A stretch of 64,000 nt of DNA from Octopus vulgaris (lineage: Eukaryota). The notes under the pieces were generated by a model. The model made no database searches. It saw only the letters and a program-made list of their open reading frames with translations, and had not been told where the DNA came from. The DNA is taken from positions 44,702,001 through 44,766,000 of the forward strand of contig OX597815.1 of assembly GCA_951406725.2 (NCBI GenBank). The letters run 5' to 3'. Below are positions 40,701 through 53,511 of the stretch, piece by piece; the stretch's first letter is position 1, and every line of letters begins with the position of its first letter. The position numbers were made by a program, and so were the translations under genes.

Positions 40701-41190
40701 AGACACAAACAGACATATATTCAGGCACACCTCAAACCTCTGCGTGTTTGTCTAAGTCTTTAGATGTGTGTGTGTGTCTGTGTGTGTATGTGTGTGTGTA
40801 CGTCAATGGTTACAAAAATGTATGTATACTGACACACACATACACCGTCACATAAATATACTCCTCAGTCATCGGCCTAACTTACGTAACGAAGGCACAA
40901 ACACACACACACTGTCAGGCACATACTCATACAGAAAATGTGACGTGGTAGTCGTCGTCGTCGAATAAAATGTCGTTTATGATAGCTTACTTAGAGAAAG
41001 CTTATAATGTTAAATTTTTTCCGATATAAATATGTCAATGAAAATAAAGTTTATTTGGTAGCAGAAAGATTACGGAATCTTTTGATACCTCATACGTCAA
41101 AATCGGCATCTCAGTTTTCGAATCCATAAGAAACATTCGCACAGACACACAAACAAATACAAACTTTCTTTTATATATATATATACATAT
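37737..41190 (-). mobile_element. Internally deleted Helitron (Rep/Pif1-helicase remnants, terminal hairpin and CTAG)
   Basis: Rep-side motifs FYSYQLRLR, FQQCLLDMYAKVE and YGKPDLFVSFTYNPKW. Helicase motifs SSGIVATLL...TAHFMFKLP and LKLGAPIMLLRNL...LCNGIRL...QLPVKLSFGISINKS. The 3' end is the cctggcaacgccggg hairpin followed by CTAG|T at 37737-37763. A probable 5' end (TA)n-aaagaaag lies near 41185. Confidence 0.85.
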
Positions 41191-41215
41191 GTATCTATAC
41201 ATACACACTTTGATA

Positions 41216-41435
41216 TACCAGGAGGTGCTGAAAAGTTCCTGGCTTGAAGGATGTTGCGTAAGGCCTGTCTGGTGGCCCAACCTTCCGAGTACTTTTATAG
41301 AACTTAGAAAAACTGAAGGGCCGCTGCAATAAGTGTGTGAATCTGAGAGGGGAATATGTTGAATGAAATTGTTAACTGCTCCTCCTCTATTTTCTTTTAC
41401 CCAAAGCCAGGAACGTTTCAGAACACCACTCATAT
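41216..41435 (+). mobile_element. Mariner-derived MITE retaining the transposase C-terminus
   Basis: Same TIR core as 37419-37580; encodes LEKLKGRCNKCVNLRGEYVE*, which resembles mariner C-termini. Confidence 0.75.
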
Positions 41436-42076
41436 AGTCTAACTACTACTACACCATTTTCACCTCTGCCACAAACATTTCCGCTGCCAACAAGAAAAAC
41501 GACACAAACGTTTCTATCACTCTTATTGGGAACACCATCGTGGCTTCAACCTTTACTACTATTGCTTCAACAACAATAACAACAATAACAGCAACAACAA
41601 CAATAACAGCAACAACATCAACAAAAGACAACAATAAGAAGAAGTAGGCAAAATAGTAAATGATTCTTATGAAGGTTTAATCAAATACTGTGTGCACCTG
41701 TGATCTTAAAAGAAGAAATAGTTGACATGGGAAATATCTCCTACATTTTCAAATGCTATTTCATGCCTTAAATCTGCTTAGCTATTTGCGTATTTACGTT
41801 TATAATTATTTATAGGTTTGTTTGTCCTAATTAGTATCTTATTCAAGTAGTAGTAGTAGTAGTAGTAGTAGCTATGGTTTTTTTTTCACTTTCTGCCTGA
41901 ATTATAATAAAAGATAATAAAAAACGGAAATTAGAGGTTAAAATTTTTGCGTTTGCAGAAGTGTGTTTGTGTATGTATGTATGTATGTATGTATGTATGT
42001 ATGTATGTATGTATGTATGTATGTGTGTATGTGCATGTGTGTGTGAGTATGTGTTCGCGCGTGTGTAATATATGTG

Positions 42077-42128
<52 letters not shown>

Positions 42129-42974
42129 GAGAGAGAGAGAAAGATGAATAGATATGTTTGTGTGCAGGTGTGTGTGCACATGCATATTATATATATGTAT
42201 ACGTAATATACATTTACATACATACATACATATACATATATATACACACACATATATATATATATGTACACACTTCGACTTAAACGGGTGTATGTATGTA
42301 CTTACGTACTTATATATGTATGTATTCATGTATGTATATATTATGTTTTATGTCCGTCTGTCTGTATGTATGTATATTGTAATTAAATTCCTGAATATTC
42401 CGTACAAAATAATGATTTGTAACACGAGTACGAACACTAAATCATCTCAATTGAACGGAAAACTTATCCAGGCATAACTAATCCAAAATATGTTCGTAAG
42501 TAATAAGGTAGAGAATAGCGTAAAGCTTCAATTGGCATTACAGATAAGATTGAAATGGGGAAATATCGCATTCAAAGTCTATAACAAAAACATTCATAAC
42601 ACAATATTCAAACTTATAGCAAGTTGGATTACGGCTAAACCTAACCAAACGGCGACCTTTACTTCCGTACGTGTGTGTGTGTGTGTGTGTGTGTGCGTGC
42701 GTGCATACATACATACATACATACATACGTACATACATACATCATTTTAAAAATATTTTTGTTTCTTTCAGTCATTCGACTTAGGTCATGCTGTTTATAT
42801 TTTCTTTAAGCCTGGTATTTATTTTAACGAGGAAGTGACGAGGACGTAACCGAAGCAAGATCGGTTGTCAAGCGATGGTAGGGTGGGGAACATGAAGGCA
42901 AATACATAGGTATACACATATGTAGCGGATGCGGTGAATATATCGTTGTCTAAATTACACTGACATCTATTATA

Positions 42975-43462
42975 TATTTACCAAAATTCCATTAAAATAT
43001 CTTGAAATACTAAAAGAGTAAATTTATTCATTAAATTGCCATTGGTTTCAACCACAGTCTGCAGACGACTTTGGAATCTCCTGCAAAACTTCTGGATAGT
43101 CTCTTTGTTGAAGTTGGTGAATGCTGCCATAATCCTTGCCGTCAATTCATCTTTGGTGTTACAAAGAGTTCTGCAGGTCTTTCGCTCAACTGCGCCCCAC
43201 AGATAATAATTAAGGGGGTTGAAGTTTGGGGACTTAGGTGGCCTGATGTTAGGGGTGATGTGGTCGGAGAAATTGTTAGACAGCCATGACTGGGTTCTCC
43301 TACTTGTGTAGCATGGTGCAGAGTCCTGTTGGCAAACAGAGTCTTCCAGCAGGCACCCTTTTGCCCCCAGTACAGCACTACCTCCTCCAGGTACTTGATG
43401 TAGTCCTCTGTGTTGAGTCTGAAGCCAAGATGGATGGAAGCATAATGTCGCCTTCACTCAAG
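42975..43462 (-). pseudogene. Tc1/mariner transposase fragment, DD37D (maT) spacing
   Basis: QQDSAPCYTS...RPPKSPNFNPLNYYLWGAVE. I count 37 residues between the QQD aspartate and the mutated third catalytic position. Confidence 0.82.
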
Positions 43463-43479
43463 ATATATATATATACATA

Positions 43480-43677
43480 TAAAGTTAATCCAAACAAGAA
43501 AGCACAGAAAAAAACACAGCAACGCGAGGACGTGGAACAATTAAAGTATTATTTGACGCTCAGGAAAGAAGGGAAGGAGGGTTTAACGTTTCGAGCGGAG
43601 CTCTTCGTCGGAAACAAAGGAGAAGGAAAGATCCCGAGAAGGGAAGACAGAGGCAAAAATTTTTTTTGCTGGTGGTG

Positions 43678-43680
<3 letters not shown>
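43480..43680 (-). mobile_element. Solo PLE pLTR-like element containing a minimal hammerhead (43581-43615)
   Basis: Minus strand reads GUUU-CCGACGA-A-GAGC-UCC-GCUC-GAAAC-GUU-AAAC; flanked by (TA)n tracts. Confidence 0.65.
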
Positions 43681-43744
<64 letters not shown>

Positions 43745-43754
43745 ATACATATAC

Positions 43755-43788
<34 letters not shown>

Positions 43789-43909
43789 CACGTGATCACG
43801 TGATCACGTGACCGACCTGACCATCAGATGTTTTACACATCGCTTGTCACAATGCGTTCGCATTGTTTTAGCCTTCAAATGACGCCACTCCGCTGGCTAA
43901 GCGAGCAGG

Positions 43910-44018
<109 letters not shown>

Positions 44019-44062
44019 ATATATACACATATATATATATATACGTAGTGAATTTGATAAAA

Positions 44063-44340
44063 ATGAAACTATTAAAAGTGAAACTATTAAAAGTGAAACT
44101 ATTGATAGTGAAACCATATAAAAGTGACACTATTATATCACATTACAACAGAGATGTTATTGTTTTACTTTTGACACCTAATACCGAACAGTCTAAGCTG
44201 AAAATTGTTTTGGACCTTGACACTCCATGGATCCTAAATAATGCATGCGTAAAGCTTGAATGAAATCGGTTGGGTAGTTCTCGAGTTTTAGTGATGATCA
44301 GACATACACATATGCACACTCACACATGCACAGACAACCC
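44063..44340 (-). mobile_element. Helitron-like end fragment with 15-bp tandem repeats; a 145-bp part is duplicated at 45278-45422
   Basis: About four copies of tgaaactattaaaag. The aaatcggttgggtagttctcgagtttta...cagaca segment resembles the Helitron 5' region at 41100-41160. Confidence 0.45.
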
Positions 44341-44631
44341 AGTTACATCATGCTATAAATCGTTTTCTTAAGATGAATTAAAATTTGAAAAACTTTAACA
44401 ATATCAGATTTTGCACATAAAGAATGTAAAATGTATTTTGACACTCTTCATCTCTGTGACGATGGAGACAGAGAGAATATGCCCGTGTGATTTTACATAT
44501 ATATGAGTATTTATATTGATGAGTATACTGATCTCTCCATGAGCATGTATACCTAAGTGACAGGACAAGTTCGTATATAAATTACCATGTGCGTGAGAGC
44601 GGCATGTATACATGGATAGGCTATTCTCGGC

Positions 44632-44780
44632 CAGGGCCGGCTCTAGGGTTGCTGGCGCCCCAGGCAAGCTGAACTTCGGCGTCTACAAATTGACGGTCGT
44701 GGAAATTTCCTTGTCTTTGTCACGCCCTCCTTGATGCCCCGGACAACTGCCCTAGTTGCCGGTATCTTGAGCCGGCCCTG
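44632..44780. mobile_element. hAT-like MITE (149 bp)
   Basis: Perfect 12-bp TIRs cagggccggctc / gagccggccctg; TSD not clear. Confidence 0.75.
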
Positions 44781-45444
44781 CTTCGACTCTACCTTGATAT
44801 TCTTATTATTAAAATGCCTTGATTCTATTCATTCATTAACTGTATATTTACGTACATACTTGAGGTCAGGAAGTCAATAAGAGACATAACTCACACCGCC
44901 AAGTAGTAGTAATTCAGAAATTAGGTGAAAATTTAAAAACATTTACCCTAATTCATCTTTTAGACGATGCATCGTTTCTGTGTTATTAATGATTAAATTA
45001 GCTTAATTAAATTAAATTAAGCTAATCTACCATAGGTCACACTTCATCAGTAAAAAACCTGGGAGAGACAAATATACACGAGGCATCTGTATCGATGCCT
45101 CCGGAATATCTGTCTTAAAATTTTCAAGACCGACGTATTCGCGCCAAACTTATCAGCAGTAAATATAAACTGCCGATTCAATCTCAGAATCAAGATATCT
45201 CGAAATATTACGTAATAAGAAAAGAACAGGCTACAATGTTTTTATTAATAAGGTTATACATGAAAAAGGGAAGTTGTTGAAACCATATAAAAGTGACACT
45301 ATTATATCACATTAAAACAGAGATGTTATTGTTTCACTTTTGACACCTAATACCGAACAGCCTAAGCTGAAAATTGTTTTGGCCCTTGACACTCCATGGA
45401 CCCTAAATAGTGCATGCGTAAAACATTCTTGTAACTTCTGAAAA

Positions 45445-45810
45445 CTTTAGGTTCTGAGTTCAAATTCCGCTGAGGTCGATTTTTACCTTTCATTCTCTCG
45501 GGGTCGATAAAAATAAGTACCATTTAAGCACTGAGGTCGGTGTATTCGACTGATAACTTCACCTGAAATGACTGGCCTTGTGCCAAAATTTGAAACCAAT
45601 TTTATATCAGTAACTAAGGCGGCAAGCTCGCTTAATCGTTAACACACTGTACAAAATGCTTGGCAGCTTTTCTTTCGGCTTTACGTTCTGAATTCAAATT
45701 TCGCTCAGATCTACTTTACTTTTCATCCTTTCAGGGTCAATAAAATAAGTACCAGTCAAGCGCTGTAGTCGATGTAATCGAACGGCCTCCTCGTTCCAAA
45801 CTTCAAATTT
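45445..45810 (+). mobile_element. Head-to-tail dimer of SINE family A
   Basis: ...ggccttgtgccaaaatttgaaacc, a short spacer, then aaggcggcaagctcg...cctttcatcctttcagggtcaataaaataagtaccag. Confidence 0.8.
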
Positions 45811-46519
45811 GTGAGGAGGAAGGCAGTCGTAGATGTATTACTACAGGGTAAATAAGAGTAATCCTTTTAAATAAGACATCATTGTAATACAGTGTTCGGG
45901 TTAAATTTAACCGTTTGCATGAAAGGAAAATGATCATTCTAGTGAAATTCAACTTGGGTCTGTCGCAGAGTTTCTCAGATTCTCTTCAAATTTACATCTT
46001 TTCTTAGTATCCATGAGATGAGTAATTTCTGGAAATTTCACTCAGCTCCATAGCTATCACCAGTCACATTTTATGGGCATTTAATGTTTTAGGCAATTAC
46101 CGGAACTTTCGAAATATTCAGTTTCTTACACTTTTGGGGTCGATCATTCCAAATAGGCTTGATAACATAGCTTGGAAAGTATGTTTCTTTAATCCTCACC
46201 GTCTCAAGTCTCTCAGACATTAAAAGTCAATTATTTTAACTTAGTCAATGTAGAAGAAATGCCTACCGAAGATTTCAAAAAGTTCATGTCTTGGATCTAT
46301 TAATTAAAATAAAAATTAAGTTTAGGCAGATATTACTTAATAGCAACAGTTGGTGAGCATCTTTTATGTTCTCTAATCTTACAGTAAGTTCTGAAATCTT
46401 AACACAACACATGAATTCACTTCGCAAAAGCCTGTTTTCTTTTGTGAGGTTAATTTAAAAGGTTTGTGAGGTTAGATTAAAAAACCAATTCTATCCTGCA
46501 CTGTAGTCAATTTTTCTTT

Positions 46520-46594
<75 letters not shown>

Positions 46595-46616
46595 TGATCA
46601 CACACGCACACACACA

Positions 46617-46670
<54 letters not shown>

Positions 46671-47286
46671 CTCTCTCCCTCCCTCTCTCTCTCTCTCACA
46701 CACACACACACATACACACACACTGTCACTCGGAAAGAAAGCAGCTGAGTTTATACCTGTGTAATCAATTGTAATGCTTATTTATTCATACTGTTTTGAA
46801 TTTATCATGCAATATCTAATTTAGCTTCGAGATTTCAATGTTTTTCTTTATTACTATAGTAACATTGTAGCATAGGTCTGAGAGGTCAAACCTGGCCAAA
46901 TTGAGCATAAAACAGGTAGAATATGTCATGAAGGCGCCCGTATGACTATGTCAGGCCTTTTGGGCGGCACCCTGGAAGCTGCTGTTTATGAAGCTTTCCT
47001 ATATTGTTGTTGAAAGCTCGAAATAGGTAGTAATTAACAGTCGACAACTGAAGAGGAGCTAGACTTCTTTTGGTTATTTGTCCCGTAGTTGTCTCTCATG
47101 TATTTACGTATTTTCCACTCATTGGTGATATCCTGTTCTTATTTTATATTTTTTCGGTAATTTGTCCTGCACTTATCGCTCGTGTATCTTATCACTCGTT
47201 GGTGATGTCCTGTATATGATGTATATTATACTTATTCATGTATGTATGTATATATATATTTCTAAATAGAATTTTTCCTATATATT

Positions 47287-47354
<68 letters not shown>

Positions 47355-47418
47355 TTGTACTTGCATATATGTGTGCATGTATGTATTTCGTAAATAGTGT
47401 GTGTGTGTATTGTGTGTA

Positions 47419-47455
<37 letters not shown>

Positions 47456-47671
47456 GAAGAAATTTGTATATATATATGGATGTGTATGTGTGTGTGTGTG
47501 TGTATTTGTGTGTGTGCGTGCGTGTGTGAACTTCAGATTCAAGGTTAGTCTGAAGAAAAAATACAATTGTTACCACGTGTAGAAGAATAACAGACAACTC
47601 TATATACACTTGTATAGATGTATAATTAGGTTTGATAATATACCACTATGGGTACTGGATATATGCATACA

Positions 47672-47702
<31 letters not shown>

Positions 47703-47870
47703 CATACATACATACATACATACATACATACATACATACATACATACATACATACATACATACATACATACATACATACATACATTCAGAGACAGACAAA
47801 CAGAGAGACAGATTGACAGATAGACACATATATATGTGTGTGTGTGTGTGTGTGTATACATATATATACA

Positions 47871-47902
<32 letters not shown>

Positions 47903-49279
47903 TACATAGACACATGCATATATACATATATGTCGCTATGCATTTACATCACTATATATGCGTACGTGCCTCTGACACTCATTGTTTTCACAAATCATCA
48001 GAACCTCATATTAACGTCTAGCTTCCATAACCGTGATTATAATGATATATTTTGCCCACTTGTTTTTATTAAAGCCACCCCTACGCTCCTCTCTGATCTA
48101 TGAAGACTACACTCTTACTAGAAGCACAATTTCGTGATTTCCTTTCAGGCACTATATATTTATCAGTGTTTTGTCGACAATGTATTTCAATTTTCTTTTC
48201 TAAACTATATGGATGTGATTTGAGTTTGTTTTTTTTTTTGTTTGTTAATACTAACCAATTCTTTATTTTTTTTGGTATTAAATTATTTTTTTTTTTTTTT
48301 TTTATTTTTTTTATATTATTATATATTATAATTAGAAGAGAAAACACTTATTATTTTATTGTTTCTTATTTTTTTTTTTTATTTTTTTTTTTTTTATTAC
48401 TATTTTTTTATATAATATTATTTATTTTTATATTAAAAATATTTTTTTTTTAATTTGTTTTTTTACATATTTAGAAATTTTCAATTTAAAATATTTTTTT
48501 TTAATTTTATATAAAGTTAATTTTTGAATACATATAATTTTTTTTTTTTTTATTTGTATAAATTTTTTTTTATATACAAGCAATGTGGCGGATAAAATTG
48601 AATCCTAGGATATGCCAGTGTTGTTGGAGTGTAGTGAAGAGAAAATTCCCGCATGGTTGCGGAGTATGAAATCCACTATCGGAACTAAGAGAAGAATATT
48701 ATAATAAATTGGTAGGTAATATTGACAGGAGATTTTCATGACAGACACGATCGAATGCTCTTTTGCATGTCGATGGCGACGATACTACTTTCACGAATTT
48801 TTCGAGGGCATAAACACATTAGTGAATGACCAAAGATGTAGGGGTTTTTAATAGAGCTAACTTTACAGAATACATATTAGTATACATTTGTGTGTGTGTG
48901 CGCGCGCACACACACACACACACACATACATACATACACACATACATACATGCATACATACATACATACATATATACATACATACATACATGCATACATA
49001 CAGAGCAGAGGAAGGGGAGACAGAAAAAAAGAAAGAAAGAGTTTGAGAGAGATTTAAGATACCGGAAGCTGAACACGTCTTTTCCATCAAATTTTCAGAG
49101 TCCGGCTTACCAAGTTAGTCCATCGGAAGTCTTTGAGTACAATTGTCAGCGCTGTTAGAGTAGAAGCGGTAGGCTTTAGTAATGATTTAGTCTTAGAGGA
49201 GTCTAGAAAAGAGGAGATCTTGTTAGAAAAATAGATACATACACACATACATACATGCATACACCATACATACATAAAC

Positions 49280-49780
49280 ATACATACATACATGCATACA
49301 TACACAGAGGAGCAAACAGAAAAAACAGAAGAAGAGTTTGTGTTGTTGGCGGGTGAACATAAAACCAAAAACAAGTCCGGCACCAAAACAAACAAGTCAA
49401 TGATGTTACAGATGTGTAGTTTAGCGGCACTTTGTTGAACTGTACGGAGCGCACGGTGGGGCGAAGCCAGAGGTGGATTTCACCTCCAAACTTGAAAACA
49501 TGCTGCACCTTTCGGCCAACAGTTCGGAGTTCTGCGAAATGCCGTTAACAGCCGAAGATATACAAGACGTGATGATTAGCTGCTCACGAAAGAAGTCTAC
49601 AGCTCCCCTTTGAGCTTTATCTTACTGAGACATGTTCGGTGATTCTTGGCAAAACAACAGGAAACAGTGATTTTGTAACGAAATAGATAATTTTAGACCC
49701 GTAACTCTACTAATTGCAGATTACAAGATTTTGGCCAAGATGTTAGTCAAGAGGTTGGCGCTTGTTGTCGATAAACAAAA
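49280..49780 (+). pseudogene. L1/Tx1-type LINE reverse transcriptase fragment
   Basis: CEMPLTAEDIQDVM...KKS...; DNFRPVTLLIADYKILAKMLVKRLALVVDK matches the L1/Tx1 RPISLLN.DYKILAK.LA.RL motif. Confidence 0.75.
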
Positions 49781-50717
49781 GTTCTTTTATCTAGGGTTTT
49801 ATAAATTCTTCTATCAAACACATCTACTTTGCACTCTAGACATTCCCTAGTCTCTTGAAAAACTGGTATCTCGATTGAGAAGGATTCTAAATTTCTGTAT
49901 TTTCATATTTCTCCCTCTCAGATGACGATATACTTAACTTACCTAGAATTCTTTTGTCAATAACATATGATCTACCTGCTTAGCTATTCTAGAAACAACT
50001 GTAAGAGAATTTACGTATCTATTATAACTAATCTACACTATGTTTATATTATACATTAAATATTCTAGAGTGAAACCAAATATTTTGCATGTTCATTATC
50101 TGCTTTAATGTATATCTACCCGCTCAATGATGAACCACTTCTAGCCGTCTTTAATAGGCAATTTCAGCAGCACATTTTTCAGTTGCAGATTAACCCGGAG
50201 TTTTTGTGGTAAACCGAACTGAGTACTGATAATACATACCTATTACATTACGTCAGTTGACGAAATTTTTTTTTATAACATTATATTAATTAATCGTTTA
50301 TTAAAGAGAAAATTCCATGTTCATATTGAATATACACAATACAAAAGAATAATTTAATGATAAATATTTGCCGTAGAATGATTGTAATCTCTGTTATTGT
50401 TGCTGTTATTCTTATTGGATTTTTTGTTGCTATCGTTGTCGAACGATTAGCATAACATTTTATGGTTGCATGAAGGCATATAATACATTCTGCTATCTAT
50501 ATTTTATGACGATGTTCTATTTTTCATGAACTATTAAAATTGAAAGCGTTTACGTTTAAGTAAAAGGACACGTATACAATTCGTGTTTGAATATTGAATA
50601 CTCACACAAACACAAACAGACACACTCACTCGTGCACGCGTACACACGCACACACACACACACGTATATACATATCTATATATATATACATACATATACA
50701 TGTATGTATGTATATGT

Positions 50718-50766
<49 letters not shown>

Positions 50767-51014
50767 CCTATGTATATACATATATGTATATGAAGTTTAT
50801 CTTTATGTACATTTATACCATAAACACGCACCAGTAGATATACACATTCATACATTTAAGGACTCATCCACACACAACGCGCACGCATACGCACGCACGC
50901 ACAGACACATGCATACATACATACATACATACATACATACATACATACATACATACATACATACATACATACATACATGCACATTTGTGAATGTAAAGGA
51001 AGGGAATTGAGTTT

Positions 51015-51965
51015 GGGCAGCTTCGCGGCATTTCGTCCGTCTTAATGTTCTGAGTTCAAATTTTGCCGAAGTCAGCTTTGCCTTTTATTCTTTCGGGGTT
51101 GATAAAATTGAGGGTTGATGTAATCGACTTACCGCCATCAGAGAAATTGCTGATCTTGTGTCCAAATTGGAAACGATCAAGTCGGCGATCTGGCAGAATT
51201 GTTAGTACGCCGGGGAAAATACTTAGCGGCATTTCGTTAATCTTTGTGTTCTGAGCTCGAATGTTGCAAGGTGGACAGTCAAGTACTTGGGTCGATGCAA
51301 CCGACTAGCTCGCTTCTCTCAAAAAACTTCTCTCCCTGTGCCAAAATTTGAAACCATTATTAAGGCGGCGAACTGCAGAATCGTGTGTTCTGAGCTCGAA
51401 TGTTGCAAGGTGGACAGTCAAGTACTTGGGTCGATGCAACCGACTAGCTCGCTTCTCTCAAAAAACTTCCCTCCCTGTGCCAAAATTTGAAACCATTATT
51501 AAGGCGGCGAACTGCAGAATCGTGTGTTCTGAGCTCGAATGTTGCAAGGTGGACAGTCAAGTACTTGGGTCGATGCAACCGACTAGCTCGCTTCTCTCAA
51601 AAAACTTCTCTCCCTGTGCCAAAATTTGAAACCATTATTAAGGCGGCGAACTGCAGAATCGTTTGAGCCGGACAAAAGGCTTAGCAGCTTTACGTTTGGA
51701 TTTGAAATTCCGCCGAGATCGACTTTACTCCTCATTCTTTCGGGGTCGATAAAATATGTACCAGTTGAGCACTGAGGTCGTTGTAATCGACTTACATGTA
51801 CCACCACCACCACCACCACCACCACCAAACTGCAGGCTTTGTGCCAAAATTTGAAACTATTACTACAATTATTATGGCGGCGAGCTAGCAAGAATTGTTA
51901 GCACACCGGACAAATGCTTAGCGGTGTTTCTACGGTTTTATGTTCTGAGTTCAAATTTCGAGTTT
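51015..51965 (+). mobile_element. Head-to-tail array of SINE family A, including three near-identical 139-bp units
   Basis: The unit tgtgttctgagctcgaatgttgc...ccaaaatttgaaaccattattaaggcggcgaactgcagaatcg has its ctgagctcg at 51251, 51390 and 51529. Confidence 0.88.
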
Positions 51966-52541
51966 GTCATTTACTTCATCCCGTTAACATTTTTCTCCTA
52001 TATCATGACATTCTGACCGGATTCAGAAAGAGTTTGAATAGAAAGAGATCATGATGTTTAATGTATCACAGAAATAGATTATAACTTAAATGCTCACAAC
52101 TAGATTCTCTTCAAGAGAAATTAAGTTTATTACAGTTACATTAAATTAAATTTAATTTAACTATGTGCAATTGTTTAGTTTAAATTAGATTAAGTGATTA
52201 TATTAAAGAACCGAGTGCTTGATAAAGCTAGTCATTCAGCGATTACTTGTTCCGTCAGATCACTTGTCTTGTTATCAACATTATTTCCGGATAATCTCAT
52301 TAGTATGTCCGTCTGCAATGGTTTGATCTTTAGGGAGTGTATTTGTTTCTGATTGTATATGTCATGTCATTTACTTCATCCCGTTAAGATTTTTCTCCTA
52401 TGACTCTGACATAGTTTTTGTTAACCTACTCGACCGGATTCAGAAGTGAGTTTCTTGCTTCAGCTCTGCAACCCTCATCACGTCGACGTGACGTCCCAGT
52501 CTTAGACACTCTTCAATTGTTATGGTCACAGGAAATGGCCT

Positions 52542-53401
52542 GATAAACTTTCTGTCTTAGTTCCGAATTTGGTACGTTTGTTCAGTGTTTTGAAACTTCT
52601 TCTGATGGATAATACATGAAAGTTTAATAAACCCCAGTAGCCTGTTTATTGTTTTCCCTAGATAATTTCTTTTTCTTGATTTGATAGCTGCCTGCTGATG
52701 TTAGGGGTGGAGGGCCTTTTGAAGGTTCTGCCCTGTTATGGGTGACCAGCATTATATTGCAAAGATGTTTTGAACGAGTAACAAGCTAATCACCTCGCTT
52801 ACTGGTTCTAATGCGGGCAACGCGACCCTTATTCACTCGGGCGACGACCAATCCGATATAAATTCTGCTTTGTAGTCGTTAAGATGTTAGAGGTTTGCAA
52901 AGCCCACAAAGATTGGTGTTTTGAATGAGACACCATCACCTTTATTCATCGTTACTCAAAGAAACCTGGTAGAATCGTTAGCACACCCGGCAAATTGTTT
53001 AACGACATTTCATCCGTCTTTACGTTCTGGGTTCACATTCCACCGAGGTCAACTTTGTATCTCTTCCTTTCGCAGTCGATAAAATAAAAAGCAGTTGAGC
53101 AGTGAGTCGATGTAATCGACTGTCTACAAAACTTATCAAAATGTAGTATTTATTATTATTATTATTATTCAGCACGTTGTTGCCTCCGGTTGTTGTTTGT
53201 TGTTTTATTGATCAAATTTGTTTGCACTTTCATTTTCTGAGATAAACTTTCTGTCTTAGTTCCGAATTTGGTACGTTTGTTCAGTGTTTTGAAACTTCTT
53301 CTGATGGATAATACATGAAAGTTTAATAAACCCCAGTAGCCTGTTTATTGTTTTCCCTAGATAATTTCTTTTTCTTGATTTGATAGCTGCCTGCTGATGT
53401 T
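52542..53401 (+). repeat. Exact 161-bp direct duplication (52542-52702 and 53241-53401)
   Basis: gataaactttctgtcttag...gcctgctgatgtt appears identical in both places. Confidence 0.9.
52965..53125 (+). mobile_element. SINE family A copy
   Basis: ctggtagaatcgttagcac...gaggtcaactttg...gtcgataaaataa...gtcgatgtaatcgact. Confidence 0.78.
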
Positions 53402-53466
53402 CTTCTTCTGGTTCACATTCCACCGTACCAATGGTAGGAAGGATTATTATTATTATTATTATTATT

Positions 53467-53508
<42 letters not shown>

Positions 53509-53511
53509 ATT

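Noticed and set aside
48225-48570. T-rich ORFs resembling hydrophobic (mitochondrial-like) proteins
   Set aside because: Homopolymer-rich low-complexity sequence, possibly low-quality consensus; no mitochondrial gene motif was seen.
51245-51661. Regularly spaced repeats resembling a CRISPR array
   Set aside because: The units are 139-bp full tandem copies with no unique spacers, are SINE-derived, and lie in eukaryotic DNA with no cas genes.
52440-52485. Possible minus-strand hammerhead (gTGATGAGG...GCAA-GAAAC)
   Set aside because: The core and stems are too degenerate to support a call.
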